Shown here one piece after another: positions 38,146 through 50,600 of a stretch of DNA of 64,000 nucleotides. This stretch comes from Camelus ferus (Eukaryota): NCBI RefSeq assembly GCF_009834535.1, contig NC_045696.1:31622001-31686000 (forward strand). Reading direction: 5' to 3'. Both the position numbers and the translations under genes were made by a program. The notes under the pieces were generated by a model. That model was not told where the DNA came from. It made no database searches and saw only the letters and a list, made by a program, of their open reading frames with translations. Numbering within the stretch: the first letter of the stretch is position 1; every line of letters starts with the position of its first letter.

Positions 38146-40900
38146 CATCAGATTGATAGATTATATTGATGCTACTATGAAATCAGCTCTGACAAATTAA
38201 AATCCACAAATTATTTTGATGTGCTGATAATGTACCAAGAATGTATGGTAAACTTTACATAAATTCAGGGACATGGTATGCAAGAAAACTTATAAGGGTC
38301 CAGTGGTCTGAAATATCCCTTCAACATAAAGAACAAAATATTGTATCTTGCACTACCTATTACTAATAGAAGAGTGCAATGTTTACCAGATTGATTTCTT
38401 AAAAGATTCCACAACTAGAAATATTTCTCAGATATATTAATCAAGTAATAGTAAAGGCTGCTAGTTTTGACTGGGAACCAGAGCAAAAAGGAGCTTTACA
38501 GTAAGTCTAGGCCCTGAGGACCTGGAAGATCCCATGAATAACATTTTTTCACAAAATACGCACAAGAGAAACACTCCATGTGGAACGCAAATTCATATGA
38601 ATTTCCTCTGAAAAGCTTCAATAGGAATTCTGGAGTTTGGCATCCCAGAGTATACATCATTCAAGATTAAGCATGAAAGAATCCAAACAGCATACTTCAA
38701 TATCCACACAAATACCACTCTTACCAACTTGTGTATTTCAGCTTATAGTCTAGCTTCATGGAGAAGAGGGGGTGAGGGTTTTCTGCCTAAAAGGTAGAAA
38801 ATTCCTTAACCTGTTCACAGAGGATCTAGTTTATAATGTTGGTGTATGTCCAAAATGAACTGCTGCTACACTAAAGCTCCGTTTACAATTGCCCTTAAAA
38901 GACAGTGCTACGGAGGGATTTTCCCAGGGGACAGAACTTTAAGCAATTTATCTTGTTATCCAACATGGGGAGAGAAGTGACCCAGAGTAAGGATATATAT
39001 ACATAGAATCATGGGCAGTGGAATTTAAGTTAACTGGTTGCTTGGGTGCCTAGAAATAGCAAGATTGGAAGATCACAGACAGAAAAATCTGGAGAAGTGT
39101 GTGTATGGACTAATACAAAGTATGAAAATATCTGTATTACATGTTAATGCTCACCGAAGAACACAGACTTTAGTAGAGATAGTAAACAATAAAGTGAACA
39201 GGATGATTGAGCCGTAGATATCAGTCTTTAACTACCATCATGCTTTCTCAGTGGGCTTATAACAGACTAGTTATCATGGCAGATACAGAATCTTTCTGCA
39301 CATTGGGCTAACAGCATGGTATCTGTAATAGAATGCCAAAATGTTCACAAAATGCTTTCTCTGTCATCAATCTAGAGGTGAAATATATTTATCAACCCCT
39401 TAATTTCTATTTGCCGTGAGACTGCTGGAGAATAAGATGTCACCTGGAGGATAACTATAGTTTGGATACTCAGCCAAAAGCCTGCTACTTACTGGATATA
39501 TAAGGCCATTCTAGATGAATCAGATGTCATCTGACCAGAGATGTATAAGAGGTTCCAGAAGAAACTGGGTCAGTGTAAATCCACAGAACCATGAGCTACA
39601 ATAAATGGTTACTCTTGTAAGTGACTAAGTTTTGGAGTGGTTTGTAATGCAGAAACAAACAACAGATTTAGAAATAAGTACTCAGAAGTAGAGTGCTAGT
39701 GTAAAAGAACTTAAAAAATATGGCCTTGTCTTTGGGGAGAAATTGACATGCAAAGCAGAAAAAGCAACAAGAAAGATGCTGTACCAGGTTGGAAAAGATG
39801 GCCACCAGGTAATATACTTACAAACAACTGACAATAATGTATTCTGCTTAAACTTGTAAGCTGAAAAGGGTGCCCAATTAAATTATAGACTTCAACAGAA
39901 AACTTTTCAGGTGAAAATTTGAAAGTCAGAGTTGGCTTCTCTTAATTTCAAATGATAATATATGAGAAAAGGAGGATAAACTTCTAAAACAGGGTACCAC
40001 ATTGATCAACCTTGACCAAGAAATTTTCTTACAGAAAATAAAGCATAGTCTTGAGCACGTGACCCAAGGTCCTACCACACACTGCACCATCAAAAAGTTG
40101 CCGACCAGAGCAAGGAAATAAGCATCTGAGGCATAGCTGAGAACCCCACTTAGGGATGACACTCTGAAAGAATGAATTATATCCTCCAAAATGTAGTGCC
40201 TACTTTAAAGAAACAGCCTTTGTATGGTCATTTATCCATAGCAAGTAGAATACACAGATCCAAGAGCATAAGAATGTATTTGTCTCAGTCACCGTCACTG
40301 AATATTTCACTTGGAAGAAGTAATACTTGTGATTAATGCACTTTTAGACTCTAATTACAAGAGTAGATATATAATAGCCTTCTCAGTCACTTTTGTCTCT
40401 TTATGCTGGTAAACCAGTGGTCACAGAAAGTTCTCATACTAGCAAGGGTAACTGACTCTGGTCAATATGAGGACATAGGGCTATTGCAAGATAATAAGGG
40501 AAGGGAATTATACGCTTGGTGCTCAGATACACTTTGCTTCTACTGCAGTTTTTAGTATAAATGAACAAATATAGCAACTGTAGGCTGAAAAGTGCATGGT
40601 ATCCTGGGGCTCATATCCTCACAAGCATGTAGACATGAATCACACCACTAGACAAGCTACTTTGGCCAATGGTAGTACTAGCCGAGAGGAAATTACATCT
40701 AACATATGTAGTAAAAAAGGAGTATATTGAGTATCAGTTATAGTATAAGAAACAACTACAGCAGTGGAAGTTAAAGTTCATCCAGTTAATTCTCATCTTA
40801 TTCATTTTCGCAGAAAGTGCAACCATTCAGAATTCTAGAGAAAATGACTAGATGAAGTGAACCTATGTCAGAAACCGTTAGACCTGACTGAAACAAGGGA
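38146..40900 (+). mobile_element. Decayed ERVL internal region: RT - RNase H - integrase - dUTPase (interrupted by MLT1)
   Basis: Translated remnants: DYIDA (~38160, cf. YIDD), KAASFDWEPEQKGALQ (~38454), ESWAV and DWKITDRKIW..LHVNAHR (39005-39160), LRDDTLKE..RIHRS (40150-40262), VLILARVTDSG (~40430). This is the ERVL domain order, with many stops and frameshifts. Confidence 0.85.
39324..39980 (+). mobile_element. MLT1 (F/G/H-like) LTR plus start of MaLR internal sequence, nested in ERVL pol
   Basis: LTR end ccacagaaccatgagctacaataaatggttactcttgtaagtgactaagttttggagtggtttgtaatgcag, followed by agaaataagtactcagaagtagagtgct (MaLR-int start). Confidence 0.75.
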
Positions 40901-40904
40901 TGGA

Positions 40905-41255
40905 TCCTAGTAAATGCTACTAGTGGCCCCCAAATCACCCTTATTAGGCAAGTGCACCTATTCTCCAGCTGCTATTATGTTTTAGCTGTCATGACTCAAA
41001 GCAGCCTTTTTTTCAGTAGACTATACCTCAGTCAGACAGGAGCTGCCTCACCTGAAAAACTAAGCTCCCTTTCTCAAATGAATGGCATATGTATCAGATG
41101 GGCGATTGGCACTGGGGTAAAAAGACAAGCATTCTTTCTTCAGTGTGGGACCAAAGCTCCATGCAGTTTATACACCAGGCCTACTAGCAGGATAAGGCTG
41201 AAGCTCATCACAGCTAAGGCCACATTCTGGTTTACATAATTTCCCCTGTTTCACT
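40905..41255 (+). mobile_element. LTR16-family LTR, probable 3' LTR of the preceding ERVL
   Basis: Preceded by purine-rich aacaagggatgga (PPT-like). gtggcccccaaatcaccctt..gcacctattctccagctgct..ggggtaaaaagac fits LTR16. Confidence 0.7.
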
Positions 41256-41458
41256 CCACTGTAAAAGTATAGACAGTAAGTAGTTTAGGTTTTGAAATCT
41301 ACATACCTATTCCAATTACTCAACACTACCATTGCAGTATGAAAGCAGTCATATATAATATGTAAACAAATGGATGTGCCTGAGCTCCAACAAAATTTTA
41401 TTTACAAGAGCAGGCAATGGATGTCATTTGGTCCCTGGCTACAGTTTGTTAATCTTTG
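41256..41458. mobile_element. MER58A hAT-Charlie MITE
   Basis: actcaacactaccattgcagtatgaaagcagtcatatataatatgtaaacaaatggatgtgcctgagctccaacaaaattttatttaca...cagtttgttaatc. Confidence 0.88.
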
Positions 41459-41469
41459 ATCTAGACTGT

Positions 41470-43790
41470 AACAATGCTGAGAACACTGAATATTAAATGC
41501 AGTGAGCCAAATATGTACTCAGAGGAAGATTCATAGTCTTAGAAACATTCATTTCTAAATCTGAATGAATTAAAATTAAAATAACTAAAAGTTCAATTAA
41601 AGAATAAATAAGACAAATTAAGGAAATAAGAGAGTAATTAAAGGGATAAAATCAGTTATGAATGGATTATAATAGCAAAAATAGCAAAGATAACTTGAGA
41701 GAGTGGAACTTTAAAAACCTCAGAAAACCACAAATCTCAAAAAAGCCTAATTAAGATAACACGGGTGAAATATAAAAACAAAAATTAGAATTGTAAAGAT
41801 GATCCATATGCCATTTTCATTGCTGCAGATGATACAGATAAACATCTTCCCTTATTTTATAAATCCCCATTATGTTGTGACTGAAAACTGACAAAAGGAG
41901 TAGTGCATGAAAGTAATAAGTAGCATATGACAATATAACACAAAAATGGATGCAAACATTCTAGATAGAAAATCACAGTTAAAGAGGAGTAAGATAATAA
42001 AATAAAATTCCATAATTACATAGAATATATTCCAGGAATGCAATGATATTTCAAATATAGGAAGTGTATTAAGTATATAAATACCTTGATATATGCAGGA
42101 AAAGCATTTGATAAAATTCAATACAGACTCCTGATAAAAGAAAGCAGCATAAAAGAACACATGCAATTATGTGCCACAGAATTCATATACTATGATTAAT
42201 GGTGAAACATTAAGGACATTCTTGTTAAAGTGAGAATCCAGATGAGGCAGCCTATTATTATCACTATTTTAAAAACATTTCTGAAAGTGTTAGTCAATGA
42301 ACAAAAATAAATGGTACAGATATTTGGATAGGCAAAGAGTAAAATACTTATTTGCAGATTTGGAAATCACAAAAGATTAAAGTTTAATATATATATACAT
42401 ACACAATGTATATATATATGTATATGTGTGTTTTCAAATATATGAATATGTATACATGTGTGTATACATATATAAAAAAGATTACTAAGTTTAGTAACAT
42501 GATTATTTAAAAGTTAAGTATACAAAGAATCAGTACAGGATGATGACAAGCACTCAAATATTGGATTTCTAAAAAACTGGGTTCAAGATACACCCCTACC
42601 ACTACCAACTGTGTAACAGAAGTATGCACAAAACCTCTTTGAGCCTCAGTTTTGTCATTTGATAAGCTACTATAACAATAATACCTATATAATATGGATG
42701 CTTCAAATTATTTATTACTCAATTTAATATCCAATACTTATATATACACAACAGTAGCAATTAACCTGAATATCAACAAAGTAAGAAGGTAATGTAGATG
42801 ATGACCAACTGATCATATAGAAAACTTACTAGAGTATAGTAAAATTTAGCAAAATTAAAAAAGAAAACCATACAAAGAAAGAGGCAAACTCTGTCCTTTG
42901 GTAGACTATCTAAAAGATATGGGTATTATATTTCTTCTTTAATTGATGTATAGATATTTTGCAACTGCAAAGTAATTCAAAAGTATACCAGTTTAATTCA
43001 TTTACTGTGGAACTGTTAAAATGATAGACCATTGGAATGAATAGACATATATAAAGACTCATAAAATTTTTGCAAAATAAAAAGTATGCACATAGTTCTC
43101 TAGTAATCAAAACGTATTCCAGAAATCAACAACATACCATGTAAAGTCAGAAATAGAAAACTCAGCAAAGCAGAAAAAGACAATATAGACCTCTGAGGAA
43201 AGAGGGGTGTGGTGTGGGGAAAGAGAAATAGAATTAAATCATTTCCTGAATCAGTGAGAAAATATGAATTATGAAAGTAGTGTTGGGATAAATATCTGGC
43301 ATTTTAAACATTTTAAAAAGATTATATGCAAAAAATATATCAATAAGCAAAAATCTGAGAATTGCACACATAAAAATATAAATGAAAAATGGATATTTAA
43401 AAATACATTTTTGGATTAGTAATTTGAAAAATGGAGATAAATAAAACTTTTCTTCTATTATTAGACAAGTGAAGGATAAAATATTAGAAATTCAAATGCT
43501 GGTGTAGAAGTAATTTTGTAGGAATGTAATTTGGTGTGACACATATGGAAGAAAATTTGAGAGTAAACAAGATTATTTTAAATCTGCATATAATTGATTC
43601 ATCATTTCTACTCTAAGGACTTTAATCTTAAAAGGTACATATGAATAAACATGTTAGCTATTGTGTTGATTTTAATGGCTAAATCTTGAAAGCAAGCCAA
43701 TTATTTAAGAAATTTGGTTAAATAGATTACGATGAAGTCAATTGAGAATGTTACGTCTATCTAAAATATTGAGTGATTTTATTTATTTAT
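41470..43790 (+). mobile_element. Very old LINE-1 (L1ME-like) ORF2 fragments
   Basis: tattccaggaatgcaatgatatttcaa..gatatatgcaggaaaagcatttgataaaattcaa (IPGMQ..DAEKAFDKIQ region), ttaatggtgaaacatt, tatttgcagat. Confidence 0.75.
42545..42720 (+). mobile_element. MIR fragment
   Basis: actgggttcaag..ctaccactaccaactgtgtaac..aacctctttgagcctcagttttgtcattt. Confidence 0.7.
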
Positions 43791-46700
43791 ATAATTTATT
43801 TAGCTTTCAATATAAGACATACTGCAATAAATCTGGACCTAGTATCATCAACATGACCACGGAGTCCACTATGATACTCTTTCAATATTTTGGATGAAGC
43901 ACAAGAGATAAAGTGAGTACTTTTCATGTTTTAAAATGGAGCAATAGTCACAGAGATAATCAGGCAGAGAAATAAGACAAAACAAATATATTAAATTTTC
44001 CCTGACTGTACTACCTCTCAACTTCACATTATAAATATATATTATATCTAAATCTGAGTCACCACTAATACTGTTTATACTCACCAGTACTTGGTATGAC
44101 TAAATGCATCTTAAAGTAATTTAAGGATTGGTTCTGTCATAATGTTTTATATGAACATAATTCTTATCCAAATAAAACTGAGAAAAAACTAGTGTGAGAT
44201 TGATATGATTCATTTATTTCATCCTGCTAATACATCACTATATTTAGAAATTACTATTGTTTTAAAAGTATTCCTTTTTCAGATAATTTCAGAAATCACA
44301 AAGCAATCATAAAGAACAGTTTCCTCTGTGTAACTGAAGGACTTTGTGAAATATAAATTACCACAAAAATTCTTAATAATAACACCCAGAACACTGTTAG
44401 GTTTTTGGTAGAATTGGATTAGTAATTATAATAGTATCTACCCCTTCTGTCACCACTGATGCTGATGAGGAGCTGCACTAGAAATACTTCCTTAGGTAAT
44501 GGTAGAATTCTAACAGTGTTTATGTGTGCAGTGTATGTGAACAAGCAACAAAGCTAATTATTCTAAATCTCATATTTACCCAAAGAGTGTACAGTAAAAC
44601 ATACAGCCATTTATACATGCTAAATGCTCTGTGGGAATGATACATGTGAACCAAAGATCTACTAAGTTTTAATATAGTATTAAGGATATCCACTATGCTA
44701 CATGCTTTATTCTCAAATTTTTAAAATAAACTTAATTTTAATATAAATATTTAAAATATATGACTCTACCAAATAAAAGGTTATAACATAAAATAAAACA
44801 CTATAATATTATAGGCAAAATTCATGGCTGTGTTTGAAATGATACTCTCCTTTTTGTCCTAGTTTACTCTCTTCAGCATATGGATTCTTGATACAATATA
44901 ATATTCTTAACCACTAACTTCTCTTATGCATTTTATAGTCAATTAAATTACATGATTTAAAAGAAAATAATAATAAAATATTAGTCTTCTATTCTTATGT
45001 TTTAAAACTAATTCTTGCAAAGATGACAAGAAATATATCTCATTTATAATACCTCCCTCTTTTAAATGTGAACAAAATTTAAATTTTCTCTCTGGTAAAA
45101 ATTTCTACTTTGAGGTTGTGAGTAATGATTTTAAGTAGCACAAATAACCATAGAAAGAAATCCCTTGGTTTTAATTGATTTTGCTTTTACTGCAAGTAAT
45201 TGTGTATAATTGCTGTCTTTCCAAGTTATAATAAACAGAAAAAAAAACATTAAAATAAAGATAATTTTCAAATCAAGACTTCTTCTTGAATGATTGTTCC
45301 CATAACAATTACTGATTGCATCTGGATTTGCTGTCTTTCCCATGCAAAACAAATTTATGTGTGTTATTTAGCCAAACTTTATAGACTTAATTTGTTCATA
45401 ATACTCTATTGCAAGTATTGCAAGACACTAAAGAAATAGGGTAAATTATATTTACAGAAGAAATAAAATCAATGTCAAAGATATTAAAGGTTTATCTTAC
45501 TATTGCAAATAGAATATAAATTGAATTCCTAGGATATATTTTAATTTATATTTGATTGTTTTGAGTTATGTATTTTACAAGTGTCTTAAAATTATCGTAG
45601 TGTCTTTTAAAATAAAATGCATATAATATGGAAATGAAGTGGGGTACAGGTTTTATAAGAACACAAACAACAAATGATTCATAAAGAATAGTTTAAAGAA
45701 AAGGAAGTTTAAATAATGGTCAACATGAAAGCACATAGGAGAAGGGAATGAAACTACAGAATCAAGGCATGAGGGAAAAAAGACAGGAATAGTAGGTTGT
45801 GTCAGTTATTTCATTCAAAAGAGATAGGAATGGTTTTAATAAATGTATAAGACAATGAGTAACACCAATGCAAATAATAATATTCAGTAAAAGATATGAA
45901 ATTAAGATTATTTTCGTGTTGACTCAGGCTTTCAGCTCCACATTATTTTAACCAGGGAGAGAAAATGATACAAAAGAATTCTAAAGAAATCAAATGTGAA
46001 ATTTTCTGCCTGAGAATTTCAGTGTCTTCCTCACAGACATGTAACAAATTGCTATTTAGGAAAATAGAGGACAAAAAATAATAAATGTGTAAATACAAAT
46101 TCGTGGTATATCTGCCTTAAAATTAATGGTCAAATATTTTAAATTTATGGTAATTCTACATATAATTACTACATGTAAATTTCTTAAAGGTTAAAATAGC
46201 TACAAAAGATTGTCAACACAAAAATGTTCCAAGAGACTGCAAATATTTTGAAGAGTTATAAGTGAACCATAAAAATAAATGATACAATTTTTGGCCAGAT
46301 CAAGCTTTCTAATGAGTTACCCTGGGAATAAGATCTAGGCTGAGTTTTCTAACTTCTTCATTAATGAAATAAGAGAAAAATAAATAGGACATCATTTTAA
46401 ATCTTAAGTTTTTCTAAGTTAGGATTACTTAAAGACAGAAATATATTACAATGAGATTAAACCTTCTTAGAAATAAATTAAGGTATTAAATATTAAATGT
46501 TAGGAAACTTACTTGGTTTTATGTGAACTGTATATAAAATCATGAATAAAATCCAAACTCATATTTTACTTATATTTATTATAAATAAATATTGAACTTA
46601 TGTCTGTGGTTAAACAGAGGTGAGGGGATCTTCAGGGATCATTAGAATCTGACTAGTATTAAGATGTTTTTGTTTATTTAGATGTAGTTTCCTTTTAGAA

Positions 46701-46929
46701 GATCCAGTGAAAGACAGTAAGGAGTTACAGTTACTTTTACTAAAGTTCAAGAGTTATTTATCCTGTAATCAACCATGTTTCTTTCCAAAGGAGAACTAGA
46801 ATTGTACATAAGACCTTAAGTAACAGATTTAATCTATTATATTAATATAATTGTTAAAGAGCTTGGTAAATAAAATAAAAAGAACACTAACATCTGGTTA
46901 AACATATAATTATGTTACATAACCTATAA

Positions 46930-47150
46930 ATGGTACTAACTATGTTATGTGCTCAGTCCTTCTTAGATACAGGAACTAATTTATTCTTCACAAGGACACA
47001 ATGAAATAGGAATCATTGTATCCCCTATCATTTTACAAATGAGGTAATTTAGACAGAAATGCTGGATAGTTTAAGGTTAACTGATACTCTAGTGACAGAG
47101 TTAGCATTCAAATCCAGATAATCTGACTATGGAATCTTGCTCATAGTCAG
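46930..47150 (-). mobile_element. MIR SINE
   Basis: ttattcttcacaa..catttttacaaatgaggtaatt..agtgacagagttagcattcaaatccaga..tctgact. Confidence 0.7.
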
Positions 47151-47543
47151 TATTTCTGACAGCTTTATTTCAAAGTTTTGTTACTGACCCTTCAAACTGG
47201 GCTGGCACAAATGGGTGCCTGACCAAATGCAAATAAAAATAACCTGTATTGGAATGCACGCATGCATTTTGAAAAGAGTATTTCTCCTGTCTAAAAGAGA
47301 CAGCTCTCTCTGAATTTACTAAAGCCTTATCATGGTTGTTTATATCTAGAATACAACTTCTACATTAGAACTCTCTACAAGATATGCAATTTTGTGAAAA
47401 ATCTCCCATCAGATCACTTTGCCAACAAAGTATTACAGGATAATGGGCTGCCAATTTTAGGAAGCAGTGAAGCAGATCCTTATAAATGTACATCTATACT
47501 TTTATTTTACATTCAGGAAGACCTGGTAGTTTACGGAAATAAG

Positions 47544-47698
47544 TCTGTCTTTCTCTCCCTCTTTCCCTTTTTCCATCTACCTACCTTCCTTTCATCCTTC
47601 CTTCCTTCCTTCCTTCCTTCCTTCCTTCCTTCCTTCCTTCCTTCCTTCCTTCATTCTTTCCTTCCTTCCTCCCTCCTTTTCTTTCCTTCCTTCTTTCT
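47544..47698. repeat. (CCTT)n microsatellite within a polypyrimidine tract
   Basis: Long ccttccttcctt array. Explains ORFs 47394..47747 (FLPS repeats) and 47581..47805 (EGRK repeats). Confidence 0.95.
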
Positions 47699-50600
47699 AA
47701 CCTGGGATAGCTTCCTAAAGAAGTATCACGTTTTAAAGAGCTTATAACTAGCCTAGAAAATGTAGGTGATGACCATGAATTACAAATAGAGTAGAGATTG
47801 CTCATCTGATAACACCTTTTATTTCTAACTTCTCAGGGCTTTGTCTCCAATATTACTAATTTCCACATTTTAGCTATGTAAAGACTTCCACTAGCAGATG
47901 TAAATAATTCATGTAGGTTAATATTTAAGTGTGTGTGATATATTACTTAATATAGTACAATATTCTTGTCTTTAAATAATAATGAAATGACATTTAGACT
48001 ATCAATTCCTTTCATACCTGGTTTACTGTGCTCCAGAATAAAAAAAAAAAAAAAAGGAACCTAGCATTTTAATTCTAATATTTAGTATAAAATTACTAAA
48101 AATATTTTGACCAAGGTGACCTTCCTGTGGATTAGGAACATGTAACACTTCATACAATAAGTAGAGAATAATCACTACACCCTAGGCTATAATAACTTCT
48201 CAAATGCATCACTAAACAAGTTTATGGTTGGCTTAGATTTTAGAGAAAGAAACCCATTTAAAATTTCATTAACTATATATGTATGCCGATGATATGTTTT
48301 AGTAGTGGTTTTTGTTTTTGTTTTTGTTTTTTTGTTTTTTAGGCCCAGTACTACCTTTCATTGTTGTTAATTATATTGAAATATGTGAACCAGTCCAGCC
48401 ATGAAAATAAGCACTGAACCATGTATTTAGGGTCCAAAAGAAATCAGGGCAGCCTAATGAAAAGCAAGTAAAGAGCCTCATGAGGATAAGGAAGTAGGTG
48501 GAATGAAACAGTACATGTTGCTTGTCCTTTCCACAGCTCTTTATGTTGGTGTTTATGACAACTTGTGTGTGTGGGGAGTTTTGAATGTATCTAGCTAAGA
48601 GAAACACCAATGCTTTCTCATAAAAAATTACTTAAAAGCCTATGAAGAACAAAGACAGAGGAGAGGCAAAAAAGGCAATATGAATATGAACAATAGCAAT
48701 AAAAATTTTTGCAAATCAGTTTTCTCCAAAATCATTATTTAACTTCTATCAGACTAAAGTATTTTATATACCATATATTTAAAATAAGACATCCAACAGA
48801 TAAAAAATGGGTATTTCATTGGTTGGTGGCTACTAAAATTTATCAGAGCAAGTTATTAATATTGATCCAAATTCATTTTCACAAAAGTTGGTTAATAATT
48901 AGACATTAAAATACTATACCAATAATATAAAAAGTATCTCAAAATATTAATTTCTGTATTTGTAATAGAGCACCATCTTTGTGTCCCCAGAAACTGATTT
49001 TCTTACACAGAACTAGAGGTTAGTCCCATATACAAGAAAGAGTACAAACAGATTCACTATTTTGAGAAGAGTTTTGTATGCAGTACATGTGGAACGCTCA
49101 GGGAGGACTCCAAGCTTAGGCTTGGTATATGATTTTAGAATATTCTTTCTTAAATAGTTTGTTCCTTGTGAGTGTTATGGAAAATGACTAGAGGAACTGG
49201 TGGATGAGGATGACATATGAAGTTTAAGTTAATAATTCTTATTCTAATAATTCCAGTTTCCAAACAGACTCAGATATAACATTAGGATATTCAGGAATAA
49301 TAATAATGAAATATAAAATCATGGAAGCATATAAGTGAAGATCAACTCATACTGTGTGTCTCTAAGGCTTGTAGAGTGATTTTTGTTGTTATTGAGTATT
49401 CTCTGTAATTTTTCACCGTATCATTCATATACAGAGTAAAATGTAAAATTTCTTCCTCAAAGAAAGGATTCAATAGTAGAAAAGTCATCACAACATTATG
49501 AAAACAACACTAGAATTCAAATTTTTTCCTCTTTTATTTTTTATCAAAGTATGTCTCTCCCCTTAAACAGAACCACATATGACAAAAAGTGAATCAGAAT
49601 TATTCATAAATCTGACTCAGAAAAACTATGGAAGTGGTAAGAAGAATACTCTTTAAGTAAAGGAAATCAGGAAAATTAATAAATCAAAAATAAATTTACT
49701 TCTTAAAAACATATCAACAGACAGTTACTACTTTTCTTAAATGGCCCAGCTCATTGCATTTTTATAAACAGGCACCTAATTTTAAAATAGCATTGGACTT
49801 CACCACTATCTCAACAACATGATTTTATACGACAGATTTATTTGGATTGCTATTTAGATGTAAAATATTTGGAACGGCTCTATCTGTTGTTTGGATGAGT
49901 TACCTTGTATGAACTAGAAATGTATGTTGAAACTGCCAGCTACTGCATAAAATATTTCATTAACATCACGACCTCATTTATTAGATTCAATTGCAGTCTT
50001 TTTGCCAAATTTCCCCCACAGATATATTCTACTTTTGAAAAATCAAATAAAAACACACAAATGAGAAGAAAAATAATTCATATCTGTGAAACTCAGAATG
50101 CCTTGAATGCAACCATTAGTGCTATATGATACAAAATTAAAATTAAATTTCTATTTTTATTAACATTTAGGTAACAAAACAACCACATACTTAGCAAACT
50201 TTAAACTTTCTTTAATGGCAGAAATTCTTTAATTAGATGGCCCCCCTCTCTCTCTATGTATATATATGAATAATATATACATTATATATTTAATTATATT
50301 CAAATAACATATAACTTGAATGCAAATTAGTATTACTTATAGAGAAAATATTTAGATCTTATAAGACCATTTTCGTCATTTAAAAATACAACTTCTAGAT
50401 AAGAACTACTATCATTAGTTAAAATTGTGGTACATCATAGATAATGAAGGTGCCATATGACTGTTTCATACATTAAGGATTCCAACTTTAGCCTGTGTTT
50501 GCTACTATGACCAAACTATCTGATGAAGTGAAAGATTACTCCCACTAGCAGTCATTAAAAAGCAGGTTCGGATGAGGGCTCCATGTGGTCAGTCTGAGGC

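Noticed and set aside
31895..41255. LTR16-like LTRs at 31.9 kb and 40.9 kb as the paired LTRs of one provirus
   Set aside because: They look like different LTR16 subtypes, and no PBS or gag sequence follows the first. Not supportable without alignment.
44462..44490. CTGATGA...GAAA hammerhead-like motif
   Set aside because: The intervening sequence does not form stem II with the required closing pair.
47394..47805. ORFs with FLPS / EGRK repeats
   Set aside because: Translation of the (CCTT)n microsatellite.
50520..50535. CTGATGAagtGAAA hammerhead-like motif
   Set aside because: Only 3 nt between the boxes and no supporting stems I/III.
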